Shown here: one piece after another, positions 1 to 13,412 of the stretch | Layout of the letters: the number at the start of each line of letters is the position of its first letter | How positions within the stretch are numbered: the stretch's first letter is position 1 | Assembly (NCBI GenBank): GCA_951406725.2 | Contig: OX597814.1 | Location: 181,226,001 to 181,290,000 of the forward strand | Length of the DNA: 64,000 bases | Reading direction: 5' to 3' | Source: Octopus vulgaris | Taxonomy: Eukaryota | Program-made: the position numbers and the translations under genes | Notes under the pieces: generated by a model | What the model saw: only the letters and a program-made list of their open reading frames with translations | Told to the model about the DNA's origin: nothing | Database searches by the model: none

Positions 1-590
1 TACTGGAGCAGTCCATAGCTAACCATGCAGCCAGATAACCAATCCACTTAATTTTTAATTCATTGATCTATCAAAGCTCCCAATACACCTTTTACACTAA
101 CTACACAATACCAAATTAGTCATGAATAGAGAACACTTCTTGTACTCTACTGCTGAATTTTTGGGAAAATGGCCATCATTCAAGCCCATCCAATAAGAAA
201 AATTCTAAAAATGTATCAAATTACAAAACAATTAAACAGCATAAATTTATAAAGCCACAAAATTTTAATTTTAACAATAAAGAATTTTTTTTAAATGACA
301 GACATGAAATATCAGATGATTTTTTTCCCACTAAAGCACTTAGTAAAATGACAAAGACTTTATTTTTTAAACTAAAAGTGTTTGATATTGATAAGCATGT
401 GTCAAGTAATTGTTTTTGTTATTATCACTACTAACTATCAAAGTACTTAGAATGCTTTGTAAACATTATTCCATTTCATATCAATAGCAATATTAAGTAT
501 ACTGCTTCAAGTTTTGGTACCAAGAGTAACTATGTACAATTCAGATTAGCAAATCTGATTATGAAAAGAAAATATTATCTACAACATTGA

Positions 591-715
591 TTTCAAATTT
601 TGACACAAGGCCAGCAATTTCAGGGTAGGAGGTAAGTCAGTTACATCAACTCCATTATGCAACTCATACTTATTTTATTGACTCTGAAAGGAAGAAAGGC
701 AAAGTCATACTCTAG
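591..715 (-). mobile_element. Short SINE family (family 2), 3' part
   Basis: The reverse complement contains gaaattgctggccttgtgtcaaaatttgaaa, matching the plus-strand copy end at ~34100-34130 (gaaattgctggccttgtgacaaaatttaaaa). That copy carries a tRNA B-box-like gggttcaaatcc. Confidence 0.6.
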
Positions 716-1181
716 CACCAGTGATTTCAGAAGTGACTGATAAACTGTAAGATAATGGTCTTGAAACTAAGTCTGAATTCCAAGATACAGATGAAATTAT
801 TACTGCTAAATTGTACCATTTTAATGAATAGAATGAAGTACTTTTATGTACTTTACATTAAAAATCATTAAAAAATCCCCCATAAAAATATGAATTGCAC
901 ACCAAAAAAAAAAAGTGTATCAATGGTTACATTTTACATTAGCATAAACTAATCATAAAGAGATCAGTTATACATGATTAATCACTATCTAATTTTCTGG
1001 CCATTTAATTATATTAAATTACACATTGATACTTGTATAACTGGATTTATATCAATAACATATCTATTCATTCTTAATACGTTCTGGCAGATTCAAGCAT
1101 GAATGTCTAATTGTTGTTGTTTGTTGTCATCAGAGAACACATCCTCCCTTCATATGATGCATGTTCATCAATATAAGGGAA

Positions 1182-1230
1182 CATTGAGACACTGCAGGGT
1201 TTCAACCTTATTGTGTCTTGTTAGTTAAAG
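1182..1230 (-). ncRNA. Degenerate type I hammerhead ribozyme
   Basis: Minus strand reads CUUUAA-CUAACAA-GACACAAUAAGGUU-GAAA-CCCUGCAGUG-UC-UCAAUG. The CUGANGA core has two G>A changes; GAAA, a near-palindromic stem III and the GUC site are retained. Confidence 0.6.
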
Positions 1231-1513
1231 CCTAGCAGACTGATGAATCTAACAAGAGTACAAGTTCTTGTTTATAGAAATCAACAGACAAATTATTTGC
1301 TGATGCCTGCCAAACAGATAATAATTTATGGGGTACACACAGAGAATATATTAAGAATGAATAGTTACATTATTGCTTAGATTCCTACTGTTCTGCATGC
1401 ACCTAATAAATTACTATCTGTTAATGATAGCATTCATCAGCAAGTAATTTGTTTGAAGATTTCTATATACAAGAGTTCATGATTTTGTTAGATTCATCAG
1501 TCCAGTAGGGTAG

Positions 1514-1564
1514 CTTTGACTGAAGTGACATGTTATAAGGTTGAAATATTGCAGTGTCTCAAAG
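1514..1564 (+). ncRNA. Degenerate type I hammerhead ribozyme
   Basis: CUUUGA-CUGAAGU-GACAUGUUAUAAGGUU-GAAA-UAUUGCAGUG-UC-UCAAAG. Perfect 6-bp stem I, GAC/GUU stem II, self-complementary stem III (with G.U pairs) and a GUC site. One core substitution (A9>U). Confidence 0.7.
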
Positions 1565-4363
1565 TATCCTTACACCAGTGAATGCGTTATAAACATGTAT
1601 CATCCAAAAGAGATGTTCTCCAATGCAAATAAATAAGTAAAGAATTCATAAATAAATATAAATGCAATCAGACATAGTCAAATTTGCCAAAATGTATAAG
1701 AATGAAAAGAGATATTATTTAGACTCTCACTGTTCTGCATGCAACTTATGGATTTATTTCCTTATTCGTCTAAAGGTGAATATCATATTAAAACATTACA
1801 ATTTTAAGAGCTAATGAATAAGAGACATTTTAGAGATTCAGAGAATTTTCACTTGGAATTAATACAGTTCTTTGTTAATTTAAAAATTTACAGATGACTA
1901 TATTCCATTTAACAAATCAGGTCATAAACATTTTCAGATATATTTTATAATATGTTATTTTGTTTAGACCCCAAAATTTTTTTTATTCTAAGCAGATTAA
2001 AAAAAAAAGAAAGAAATGATTAGCACTTATAAAATTTCTACAATTATTCTTATACCTATTGCAAAAGCCGTTGCACAAAAAATATTGCATATACTTACAA
2101 GGGAGATAATTTCCTTTTTTTTAATGCATGACATGTTTCAATGTGCTCAGAAAATGCAAAGGAAAATCTTAGTACAAACTTCATGATTTCTATTAGATAT
2201 ATCCCCTTAATAATGAGGTAACTTTTGATAAGCAACACGCTAATATTCAAGCCTATTTATCTATTTAATAAAGAAAAATTTACATCTCATAATAAAATTC
2301 CATTGCTTCAATGTTTTTATGTTTTACAAAAGTAATTTCCATTCATACAATTTGAAAAATCTTGGCAGATCCCTGTCACATAAATTTCAAGAGAAGAAAC
2401 CAAACAAAAACAATATTTGATTTTTAAGCTAAGGTTAAAGCTTATGGTCCATAGTAAATTTTAAAAATAAATACACAATACCCATGACTTACGGCCTTAT
2501 AAACTAGGGGAAGTGGTCAAACAAATAAGTTATGAATATATTACGTCATAAAACTGCATAACAATTATAGCTCTGAGGAAGCTGTGAGGTGATGCAAAAG
2601 CACCCAGCTACAAGTGCATTGCATCTTATAGCAGAAACAGCTGCAAACTAATTAATTTCACTGCATAATTTCCTGTTCCTTCGTCCTTTATTTCATTTCA
2701 TAAAAATGAATACATAGATGGAATTTTAAACAGTATTAGCAAATTCTTTGTGTTGTGTACATCGTTCTGAGATTTACAAAGCAGTTTTTCCACATATTCC
2801 TCATCTCAAGAAATAGTCAATAAGCCAGATCTTTTTTGGTATATCAATTACACAGCAATAATCATCTGTACATAAGTTTTTAGAAATTTTTCTTTTGTCC
2901 AGCTAGCATAAATAGTAAAATGTACCAAATTTTTGCAGCAGCTAATGTCAACAACATCTAGTTGCTTTATATAGTAACTTACTCAGTTTCCAATATCTTA
3001 CATGCATCTGTATCATAAATGCTTGACATGCATTTAAAAAAGCAGTAATAAAGATGTAGTTACAAAATGGCCCTCTCCACTCATTAATCAACACCTAACA
3101 TAATTTAGGTTCATATTCACTAATTTTGAGATATATAGAAATTGAATTTTATGTACTTCAAATATATATGATTGTCATTACAAAAATGTATATTTTCATG
3201 CTTCCCTATATCATAGTATCTCATCATCTTTCTGAGGTCTAGTTTAAATATTTCTAATTGCATAAATAGTTTCATATAAGTTAAATTGACTCATCTACAT
3301 AAGGACAGCAATGCCATGTCCTTTTTCAATGCAGTAACATCAATTTGAGTTTCATATGACACTCCACTTCTTACAGTTCAGTTGTCCAGTTTTATCTTCA
3401 CTGCCAATCTTCTCAAAAATTTTCTCTTTTTAATTTGTTTGTTACTTCATACCTTCTAACCAACAAGCATGCCAATAATCAGTGTTTTTATTAGCCACAG
3501 ATCATAACTAAACTAATTTTCTCTCACTCACAAATATATAAGTAAAAATAAAAAGTCATCTGTTATCAAGAGGTTTATAATTGCATAATGGTAAGTAATT
3601 TTTGCATTCTGAAGGAAAAAAGATGAAGGTAGGTTTTTAAACCCAGTTAAGGATTCCTAACATTCAACATAATTTAATTTTTTAAAAATAATGAAAGGAT
3701 GCGAAAATGTTAAATTTCCTACAACAGGTTTCTTTATTCCTAAACATAAATAGCATTTATCTTAAAAGCATTGTGCTTTAACATCTTTAAATGTTATTCA
3801 CAAGCTCGTGGAAACAAAATTAATCAGTAAAGGCTTATTAATCAATCAACTTCCAGAGATAAAGAAGCAGATATATTCCTAAACGTGATTTAAGCTTATC
3901 ACTTGGGAAATAGGGACACTTTTGGTGGACATGAGCGGTATACTCAGTCAAGAGTATCATGTAGGAAGAGAGTAAAAAAGGTCAACTTGTCCTTTTGGAT
4001 ACCACCACACTAAAGAGCAACACAATGGAATTTTAAAAAATACAATAGAAAGAAATAATCTGGAGTAATTTATCAAGGTATTTAGTATCTTCATTACTAA
4101 GATGTTCTTCGCGAGAGAAGGAATTCCAGTCGAGACACTCTACAAGCACCGCATATTAATAAATATCATAATTTTAATAAAAATCATGTGATGCGGATGA
4201 TGAAAGCGATGTAGTAACTACTGATAATAAAGACGATCGTTTCACCTTTGTTTAATGAAATTAACTTAATATTGATGAGCTTTGATAATGCAAAAAAATG
4301 AGACAATTTGCAATCAACGAACGCCAAATCGAATATTGTGCAACAATTTGATTGAGTGTATAG

Positions 4364-4395
<32 letters not shown>

Positions 4396-5536
4396 AATAT
4401 ATAATATACATTAGTGTGAATGAATTTTGGTGAAATCAGATGACAACACTTGGAATGCCTTGTTAAGGAAGATTAGACATGATTCGATAAAATCAAATGA
4501 ATTTGTCCTCAATATAGAATGTACACAAATATATTTAACCCGATTATTATTTCGTTGAAGCAAGAGAGAAATCGATTAGTTCAGCAACTGGGTCAATAAA
4601 CATCCCACTAGCATTTAACCTAAGACCGACCCAGAGACGAAGAACAACGTCCAATCTAAAATATTAGTGAAGCAAAAACATTTTCGAGAATAGAATAAAT
4701 AGAACTTAGTATACATGAGATGGCAATGTAGCAACAGTTGACTTAAAATTAAGTTTGTTAAATTTCTGATATCATTTAATTATGTTGTTCTATAATTAAT
4801 AATGAAAGTAACAAATGTCAGTATACATAACAGCAATCCAGATATTGATTTTCAACAGATGAATAGATTTTGATTAGAAATACCTCAACAGTTTACATTA
4901 GTCACAATATCGAAGGTAAAGGAATGTTATTACATATTTATTGCAATCAAATTCTCAGTGATTTGAACGTGAAATTTATGGAACCATTTGGGGGCGGGGT
5001 TTTATTAGAAAGACATTTGCAATCACTTCATTTAAGAGGAAGAAAAACTAGCAAAATCATAATTAAAAGGTCAAATCAATAAACGGAGCTATAATTTAAT
5101 AAAAGAAGTATACAGTTCGGTGTTCTAATTTCTTGTAAAAGAAATACAATCATTTTTAATTCAATAGAAAAAAATGGGAGTGATACTAATAAACATATTC
5201 TTTAGTAGTAGAGAAAATCTCCAACTGAAATAAGATTTCACTTGAAACTATATGAAAAAAAAAATCCCTGAACTGGTTTTTATTTAAACATCTTTTCAGA
5301 TCGTGCAAAATTAAAATCGAAATATCATTTAGTTAAAAAGCAAAGCATAATTTGACATTTTACTAAGAAAGATATGTCTTCTGCATCGGACGGGCGTAAG
5401 AAAAATTACGCTCAACAAAATATCAGTAAATATAATTAAAATTCTATAAATTCAGATTGTTTATTGCTTTCAACAAAACAATAGTAATTGCAGAATGACA
5501 AAAATAAATAAATAAATAAAACGTTTAATCACTTAC

Positions 5537-5564
5537 TTTCGTGAACTGCTGATTTGAGCGCCAT
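5537..5564 (-). CDS. Probable first coding exon of an unidentified minus-strand gene (MALKSAVHE + 1 nt)
   Basis: Minus strand ttcaaaATGGCGCTCAAATCAGCAGTTCACGAAA|gtaagt has a strong start context and a perfect consensus donor, inside the CpG-retaining promoter region. No downstream exon was identified in the window. Confidence 0.65.
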
Positions 5565-5900
5565 TTTGAAGGTTTTTTTCTGAAATCCTCGATCGTAGTA
5601 AAATCTGGAATGCTGGGAAAGTCAATCAAATCATAATCAATATACTGATTACACTTAATACTTATCTTCACGAATTATAACAAATGAAACGCCTACTATT
5701 TCTATCGCATAAAATTGCTTCTAAAATTAAAAGATTATTTTTCAATAAAAGACAAAAATTTATCAATTTTCTTTCAGGCCCGGAACTGTTTTACTGGTTG
5801 ATATCATTGAGTATTTCGTAAACTTCACTTGCCGGAAACCATCGATTTTAGCCGAACTTCATCTTCGTTGTTTTTCAGACTGCGGCGTTTGTCACTATGC
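5558..5900. promoter_or_regulatory. Bidirectional (head-to-head) promoter region
   Basis: Lies between two divergent first exons. A YY1-type GCGCCATTTT overlaps the minus ATG (5558-5567), and ETS-type CCGGAA occurs at ~5781 and ~5832. CpG is locally retained. Confidence 0.55.
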
Positions 5901-6116
5901 GATTACTTGCTACTACTACTACTATTAGTTGTTTTCCTCCTCTTGCTACTACTGCGAGGAGGAAACAGATGCAGTAGTTGCTGGCTTTACAGTTGTTGTT
6001 AGTAAATGGCTGCTGTGTTTTGTTATTCTTTATCTTCGGGCCTTCCGATGTACGATCTGGTCTTTCCCACTCTGGACTTTGTAGAACATGACGTAAAATA
6101 ACTACCATCCTTAAAG

Positions 6117-6141
6117 ATGTCTGGAAAAGCAGAAAAAACAG
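6117..6141 (+). CDS. Probable first-exon coding segment or uORF start of an unidentified plus-strand gene (MSGKAEKT + 1 nt)
   Basis: aaagATGTCTGGAAAAGCAGAAAAAACAG|gtaagc has a strong CAG|GTAAG donor. It is preceded by ~300 nt of relatively GC/CpG-rich leader with (ACT)n. It could be a uORF in a 5' UTR exon. Confidence 0.55.
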
Positions 6142-6636
6142 GTAAGCTTCCGCGATCGGGTAAATAAGAGGATTAAATGTCGAGGACGGAAAAGGTAACG
6201 GAATTGAATGAAGCGTCAAGCAACGGGGATATAATATAAATGATACAAGAATAGTAGTAAATATATGTGTATTTTTTTCACCTGTGTAGATAATTCAAGT
6301 AGTAATATATTGGGTGTATACTGCATAAAGAATACTAATTGACTTCAGCGATGGCAATGAGTGTGAATGTAAATTTCGAAATCCTATCTCCACTGACTAA
6401 TGCACACTTACACGCACTCACAAATATACATTCATACTTATGTGTGTACGTGTATCTTTGTATATATAATGAATTCAATATAGTGTGAAAATATATATGT
6501 AAAAAAAAAAGAAATTGCTCGCTTATTGGGAGTGGCTCAGGTTTTGTTTTATGATGAACTGCTAAAATTTAGTTTGTTTAGAAATATATTTAAGTTTGAG
6601 CCAACTGTACTTACTCATTAAGGACTATCCGGAACG

Positions 6637-6685
<49 letters not shown>

Positions 6686-9600
6686 GATGTATATGTATAT
6701 AGATGTGTGTGTGAGTCTACAGCAGTAGAAAAGACAGTTTGTACTGTCGGCTGTATTTTACCAAGATTTGATCGTCGGTTTTAGCCTCATCAAGATAAAT
6801 GACAATAAAAAATTGGCAGATCAAATTATATGAAAAAAAATATTTCTTTGCTACCCGTTTTTCACTCTGATTTTTGTAAAGATTATTAATAATTGACCAG
6901 ATAGTTTAAATATATATCTTGACAATGAATTTGTTATTCACCTATTTTAGATGACGTCTCTGTCTATATCTCTTTTAATATGTTCTTGAATTTTTCATTC
7001 CCTTCATTATCAATCACTGTAATTTGTACGTCTCTAAATAATTAGCTCGAAATTCGTGTTTCTCTCTCTCTCTCTTAATCAAGCTTATTCAGTTAGCTAT
7101 TTTGTCATCGTTTAAATCACTTGTCTTATCAGTACCGGTGATACTAAGAATATATTAAGAAAACAGCTGTTGTTTAGTATTAATAAAACCCATCATAAAA
7201 AAAATAACGTTCCCTAAACCCTCAAAATTAATATATTCTACAGGTTTAACCGAATATCTGAAATTTCGTCTTCCTTGAAGAGGAAGGGGTGGGCATAAAA
7301 AGTAGATCTCTGCTTTAATTTATTGGTAGCTAATTGTGGTTCGGATTACACTGCATTTGATTTCACACTAATTGTCGCTTCTCAACTAATATATATTTAT
7401 TAACAGAATAACTGTGTGACCGACTGTTATCACTTAACTCCTGCATTAGAGTCTTTCAGACTGCTCTATTGGTTGAGTATTATATATATATATATATATA
7501 TATAGGAGAGAATGCGAAGAAAAGTTGAAAATATCGGTGCCATACAGTCGAAGCGGATATAATGTACATGAGGTTAGCTAATCTATTCTGAAGCAAAAGG
7601 GAATATTAAAAAGTCCGGTCTCGCTTATTGTCAAATTACTCGTTTTTCGCTTCCACTTCAATCTTACGTAGTACGTAGGTATTTGCTACTGGCATCAAAT
7701 GCATTATCCATACATGCATATGTGCAGACACATGTATGGACACATAGACACAATTGTAATACAAAATATGCACAAGCCGAAATTAAAATGCTAGTCTTCC
7801 GGTTTTCTACTTTTAAGTCTTGTGTGTGTGTATGTACTTCAGAGTGCACTTGGTAGGCTTGCGTTCAGTATTGATACTAGCATATGCGATGTGTTCGTGT
7901 GTGAGCATATGTAATATATTTCTGCTGGATACAAATTAAACAGATCGGTTATGAGATTCGGATTGAGCAAGATACTCTCGGTAGTGCTAGCTTAAAATCA
8001 ATGTGATTATTATTTTTCCCTTATTTCTGTCGGGTTTTAAGCACTGCTTAACATATTGAGACGGATAAAAACAAATATTACATTGTCAAGTACTTGACCA
8101 TTTCTGTCAAAACCCATGCATCGCATCTCTTTGACTTCAATTTTTTCTCATGTGTGTTGGTTAAGTCGTTCGTATCTCATCAGATATGGAACTAACTCCA
8201 TTTCTAAACTGAGGTAGATTTCTGTCTAGATAATTTCCTTGTTTTCAGCTACAACTTGATAGATGTGTGTGTGTGTGTGTGTGTGTGATTTCATAGAATG
8301 TAATTGAAGTGATCCAGGTTGTGTCTGCTGTATTTAGCAGTGACACGGAGCTTGACATGAATGAATTACTTGTTCAGTACCTTATGGTCTTGAGTTCAAA
8401 TCTATTTGAGATCACTAAGATAGCTGCGGAAAGAATTGCTGTGGGTTTCTTTCGATGAATGATGATGATTCTAGATAGGATAGAACAGTGGAGTTGATAC
8501 GTACAATAAGCCGGATTAGAGATTTTCCCCGATTCCCACTAGATTCAACTTTGCTTCTTTAGAAACGACGGTCGACGAAGTACCAGTAAGATAATGTTAA
8601 ATTCAATCGGCTACAGCCCTTCTTGCCTTAAAAATGGCTTCATATCTTGTATAAAAACATCAAACCATTGATGTGTGTGTGCGTATGTATACATGTACGT
8701 ATGTATGTGTGTATGTATGTGTACCCAACGAAATGTCAAAGTATGTGTATGTTCTCATACACACACACACACATACATATATATATATTTATATATATAT
8801 AACCAATGCCTATAAAACAGGTTCCCTTAATATGACGAATATTCATATTTGTGTAATTGTTTAAATTTTACATCGACATGTTACATCTCTGTTAGTGTAT
8901 ATGCTAAGTCTGCGCTGACAATTAATATTTCTGCCGAATATTTGATTATTCTCCCATCAGTTATATCATAAAGCGGAAACATCGATGAAAGAAAACCAGT
9001 CCTTGTTTTGTCTGTTGTTTTTTTTCCTCTTTTTTTCTTTTTAATTTCTTCTTCACCATTATCGTTTTTGCTCGTCAGTAAAGTTTAGCCAAATACAGAA
9101 AGATTTGTCATTATATTATTGTTTGAAGTAGTTAATGTTAATACCACTAGATGATATTTCTGAACAATTCATAGTAGTAGTTTTCTGTCTAGAAGTGGCA
9201 GTATTATAAATGTGCCCTTATTTATTCAGCCTGTCATGGAAATGTGAATTATTACCAGTCTTTTTAAGACGTCTTGTTATAATAGAATAGATACACATTA
9301 AATGAAAATGACCTATTTATTATTCTTTTTGCTTATTATAGTAATCAATATTATATAGAAATATCTAAATATTTTTTGGTGAGTGTCAGTCCCAAATTAT
9401 AAAACTTACCTTAACCAACATTGAATTATTTAAAAATCTCTGTTCTCATTCAGATAGAGATTTAGTTTTTACTGTCCTCAATGACATGAAATATTAGAGA
9501 CAGTTAATTAATTTGAACCTCACTGTTGAAATTTATTAAGTATTGCAATGGCTTCATTTGCTTTTGAGATTTACATGTATACAATTTGCCTTTAAACCTT

Positions 9601-12354
9601 TACGTCTAATATATCTCATGTTTTTGAATTTTCTCAGTTTTTTTTTCTTTTGCTGTGAGCCACTTAGCTTTATTCTCACTGATTTTTTTCTTCAATCTTT
9701 TAAGTTATTCACCATATTCTTTGCTAGATTTAACCATTTTCATTTCTATTTTTAAATACATAAACCTCCAAAATTCAAGTAGTAAAAGTTTCTCTAATTT
9801 TGTAAACCGTCAGGTTACTCTAGCAAATACATTTGTCTGCCCTACAATATAATAGGAATAATGAGTGGATAAAAATTGTATAGTGGGCGAAATGCCAGTT
9901 ATGAAATGAATCCAGCTGGCAGATATATTCACTGAGCAGACATCAAAAGAATAAATAAGAATTTATTAGAATTTTCTTTCTTTGTAAAATTATAGATTTC
10001 TTTTTCCTTTTCACTCCTCAAATTTAAGGAAAGTTTGGTAACAGAAGTTATATCTTTGGTTCAGTATTTGGAGATAAGAAGAAAAAAGAAATTTAATCCT
10101 TCACTAGGAGGTGTGAGCTGAACAGCCAGTTGTCTAGCATAAATACTTTTTTAAGATCCCCTTTAAAGAAAGAGGGAGAAAATCTCTAGTTAGTTGTAAT
10201 CTTCAATCTGTTGCATATCTATCACTCCCAATAGTTTCAGAATTTTTTTCTATTGTCATGGTGCTTAATTTTGAGATTAAAAATATTACTGAATAGATTG
10301 AAGTTGATTAAAAAAAAATTTTTGTTAGAATTGTTAGTTTGAAGAAATATGAGGATATTTTCACATAATAAAAATTTTCATTTGTTCAGCTAGAAAAACA
10401 AAAAATCTTTGTTAAATTGAACTGATTATCATGACTAATTATATTCTCACAACCTGTTCACTGTATCATGATCATTAATTTCTACAACAAAAGACTATTA
10501 AAATGATATTTATAACTATCAAATGTTTATCATAATTTTGACTAATATTTATTTCTGAATTCCCTTTTATAGTAAGCAAGGTGAAACTGAAAATCTATAT
10601 CGGTTTTTTTTATATCTGAATGTTGTAAATTCAAATGAAGTTTATTTTTGTTTTGAAGATACTATAGAAATAAATATAAAAATTCAAATATTTATAATAG
10701 GAAATGAAAGACTGTGTAATCATTTTTTGTTAAAATAGGGATTTCTGATTCAGTGAATGGCAGTTGAGAAATAGCAACTAAAATCAAAACTTTGAAAGAT
10801 TGCTCTACATGAAGTGTCATGGTATTTAAATTCTTGAAATTAATCAGCGTTCTGACCATTTAATTGTTGCCAAACAAAATATACTAATTAATATTTGTTG
10901 TAAATAAATTCTCTTAATGGAGTGAAAAGCATCTGTTGATCATGGCACGAGGTCAAATTATATTGAACATTGATTCATATAACTAGATATGGAATACTGG
11001 AATATGTGAAAATTTAAATATAGTGTGCTTTTCTCCCACAATTGATCATTATTTAATTATGTTTTATTTAAGGAATAGCAGCAATATCTAGCTTTGTGAA
11101 ATTAAGTAAAATCAGCTTCTAGTTTTAATAGTCAAATCTTACTTTTGTAGGCATGTTAAACAAAACTAAATTAGTATGAATTATTATATTAAACCAGCAA
11201 CATTGTGACCTAACAACTGTATAATTCTAAACTACATAATTTCTGTATTTCATAGTTTCTTCATTAATTATTACTCTAAATGTTACTGAAATTTATGAAG
11301 TTTGTGCGGTACTGTTATAGACTGAACAGGCTTTTGATATAAGTCCAGTTATGCAAACATTTCTAAGTGATCCTTTAAGTTCAAAAATTCAACATAAATG
11401 AGATGGGCAAAAGTTTTACCATTGTTACTCTGCACGATACCATACTAAAGACTAAAATGAATCTCAGCTGAGCTGTAACATCTCATAAATTTTAATTCAG
11501 TAGGGTTACCAATGAACTTAATTGCCATTTTGCTTAAAGTGGTTTGCTGTATCACATTGTTTATTATAGCTTTCTCACTATGATCTTACCGCAATTATCA
11601 AGACATGGTCCAAGTTTGTTATCATTACCATCATCACTTAAAGTCCATTTTGCAACACTGGCATGGGTTGGATGGTTTGACAAGAGCTGACAGACCAGAG
11701 ATAAAGATGGAAAATATATGTTGTGCCACTGGTAAAGACTACAAAAGATTATTTACTCTTCTAGTGGGCTTAAGATGAACTTTGAGGTGACAAATGACAA
11801 CCTGTCTGATTTTGCAGTTTTTATGTTGGAGACAAACATTTCATTTAATTTTCTTTGCATTAAAGCAACTTATATTTACAAATTTCAGATTAAGAAACTG
11901 TCTTTAACCTTGCTATCCTGTCATACAATACAACTGTGTTTTTAGTAACCATTTAAAAAATTATAACCGAAAGATCACTAAAATCATTCACGTGCTAATT
12001 CAGGTCTTTAAGTTTGCCAGCTACTGTAAACAAACACAACAAGTACTTAATCTGCTGTAATCTTAATTGTTTTGTATTCTTGTTTGATTTATCTTTTTGA
12101 TGATGTTTCATTTTAATGTACACTTTTCCATGCTTGCATGGTTTAGATGAAATTCATTGAGGCAGATTTTCTATAGCTGGATGCTCTTCCTGTTACCATC
12201 CTTCACCTGTTTCCAAGCAAGGTAATATTTCCATTAGTCTTCAAGCATGAATAGCCCAATGGCTAGATGTGATTTCACTGAAGATTGCAAGCAAATGACA
12301 CTACTTATTTAAAACCATTTGTTTACAATTAATGTATGATGACAAAACAAAGAT

Positions 12355-12540
12355 ACACATAAACACACATTATACATAGAATGGGTTTCTTTCAGTTTCC
12401 ATCTACCAAATCCGCTCAAAATGTTTGGTCAGCCCAGGCTAAAGCAGAAGATACATTCCTAAGATAGCATGAAATAGGCCTGATCCTAAACCATGCGATT
12501 GTAAAGGGAGCATCTTAACCACACAGATAGACCTGTACCT
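12355..12540 (-). mobile_element. tRNA-derived SINE (family 1), 5' half, degenerate
   Basis: ttctttcagtttccatctaccaaatccgctcaaaatgtttggtcagcccaggct is the reverse complement of the body seen at 42678-43051 and 48361-48735. Confidence 0.65.
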
Positions 12541-12759
12541 ATCAGGTTGCAATGAACTATATTCTGACATGAACATCAAATAAAGAAAATTTGCATCTTA
12601 GAACAACTAATTGCTGTTAAATGAAAGTAATAAATCAATATTATTGTCAAGAATGTAGCAAAGGTAGATCTGAAGAGTGAGTTACATGACGGTGCTTATG
12701 ATAATTGTCTCTAATGAAGCCAAAATGTCACACATTGTGGGGTAGTTGGTCAAATAAAT

Positions 12760-12910
12760 AGACCCCCAACACTTGACTTGGACGATATTTTATCAATCCC
12801 AGAAGGATGACAGGTAAAGTTGACCATGGCAAATTGAACTTTGAACGAGAAGAGCTGCAATAAATACAGCAGAGTATTTGGTCCTATGTCTGAATGATTC
12901 AGCCAATGCA
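12760..12910 (-). mobile_element. SINE family 2, degenerate
   Basis: ttttatcaatcccagaaggatgacaggtaaagttgacc...attgaactttgaac is similar to 670-715 and 41825-41885. Confidence 0.5.
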
Positions 12911-13279
12911 AATAATAATGATAATTGTTTTGTAGGAAATTCAGAGCTGAAAAAAAAAAAATGATTTCCTCATCATGATAGAATTGCTTGATGTCATTCA
13001 TCTGTCTCTATTTGTTTTTTGTTTTCATAATTACATCTTAATATGTACATTATATATGTGGGTGTGTGTAAAGGTAAGATCCAAAGATCAAGGTGTAGGA
13101 AGTTAGTGAGCTTCAAGCAATCTGTAGATCTATAAAACAACATTCAGGAACAAGAGCAGTTTATTGGCAAAGGTTGTGAATTTTTCTCATCAATGTATGA
13201 GAAGCTGAAAAAAGTTAATTTTATAGTTCATGGTTAGCAATGCGTTGTTGTATATGTAAGCAAATATCCAAAACATTTT

Positions 13280-13365
13280 GGATATATATATATATATACA
13301 TACATACACACATACATATATACACATACATACACATATATACATACATATATATAAACATACAT

Positions 13366-13412
<47 letters not shown>

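Larger units (their letters stand above)
1061..1756. mobile_element. Hammerhead-bearing 345-bp repeat unit in inverted plus partial-tandem arrangement (Penelope-like pLTR / retrozyme-like relic)
   Basis: Left arm ~1061-1345 is an imperfect reverse complement of ~1388-1715 (ttgagacactgca/tgcagtgtctcaa; gactgatgaatctaacaa/ttgttagattcatcagtc; aacagataataatttat/ataaattactatctgtt). 1352-1413 is repeated directly at 1697-1756 (period 345). The family assignment is inference. Confidence 0.7.

Noticed and set aside
2977-3095. Minus-strand GTAAGT donor with a short open frame upstream (possible exon 2)
   Set aside because: The acceptor is weak, and the phase is incompatible with the phase-1 first exon (it gives an early stop).
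6733-6795. Hammerhead-like UUGAUGA-GGCU...AGCC-GACA on the minus strand
   Set aside because: Both core segments are mutated and there is no stem I; it cannot be distinguished from chance.
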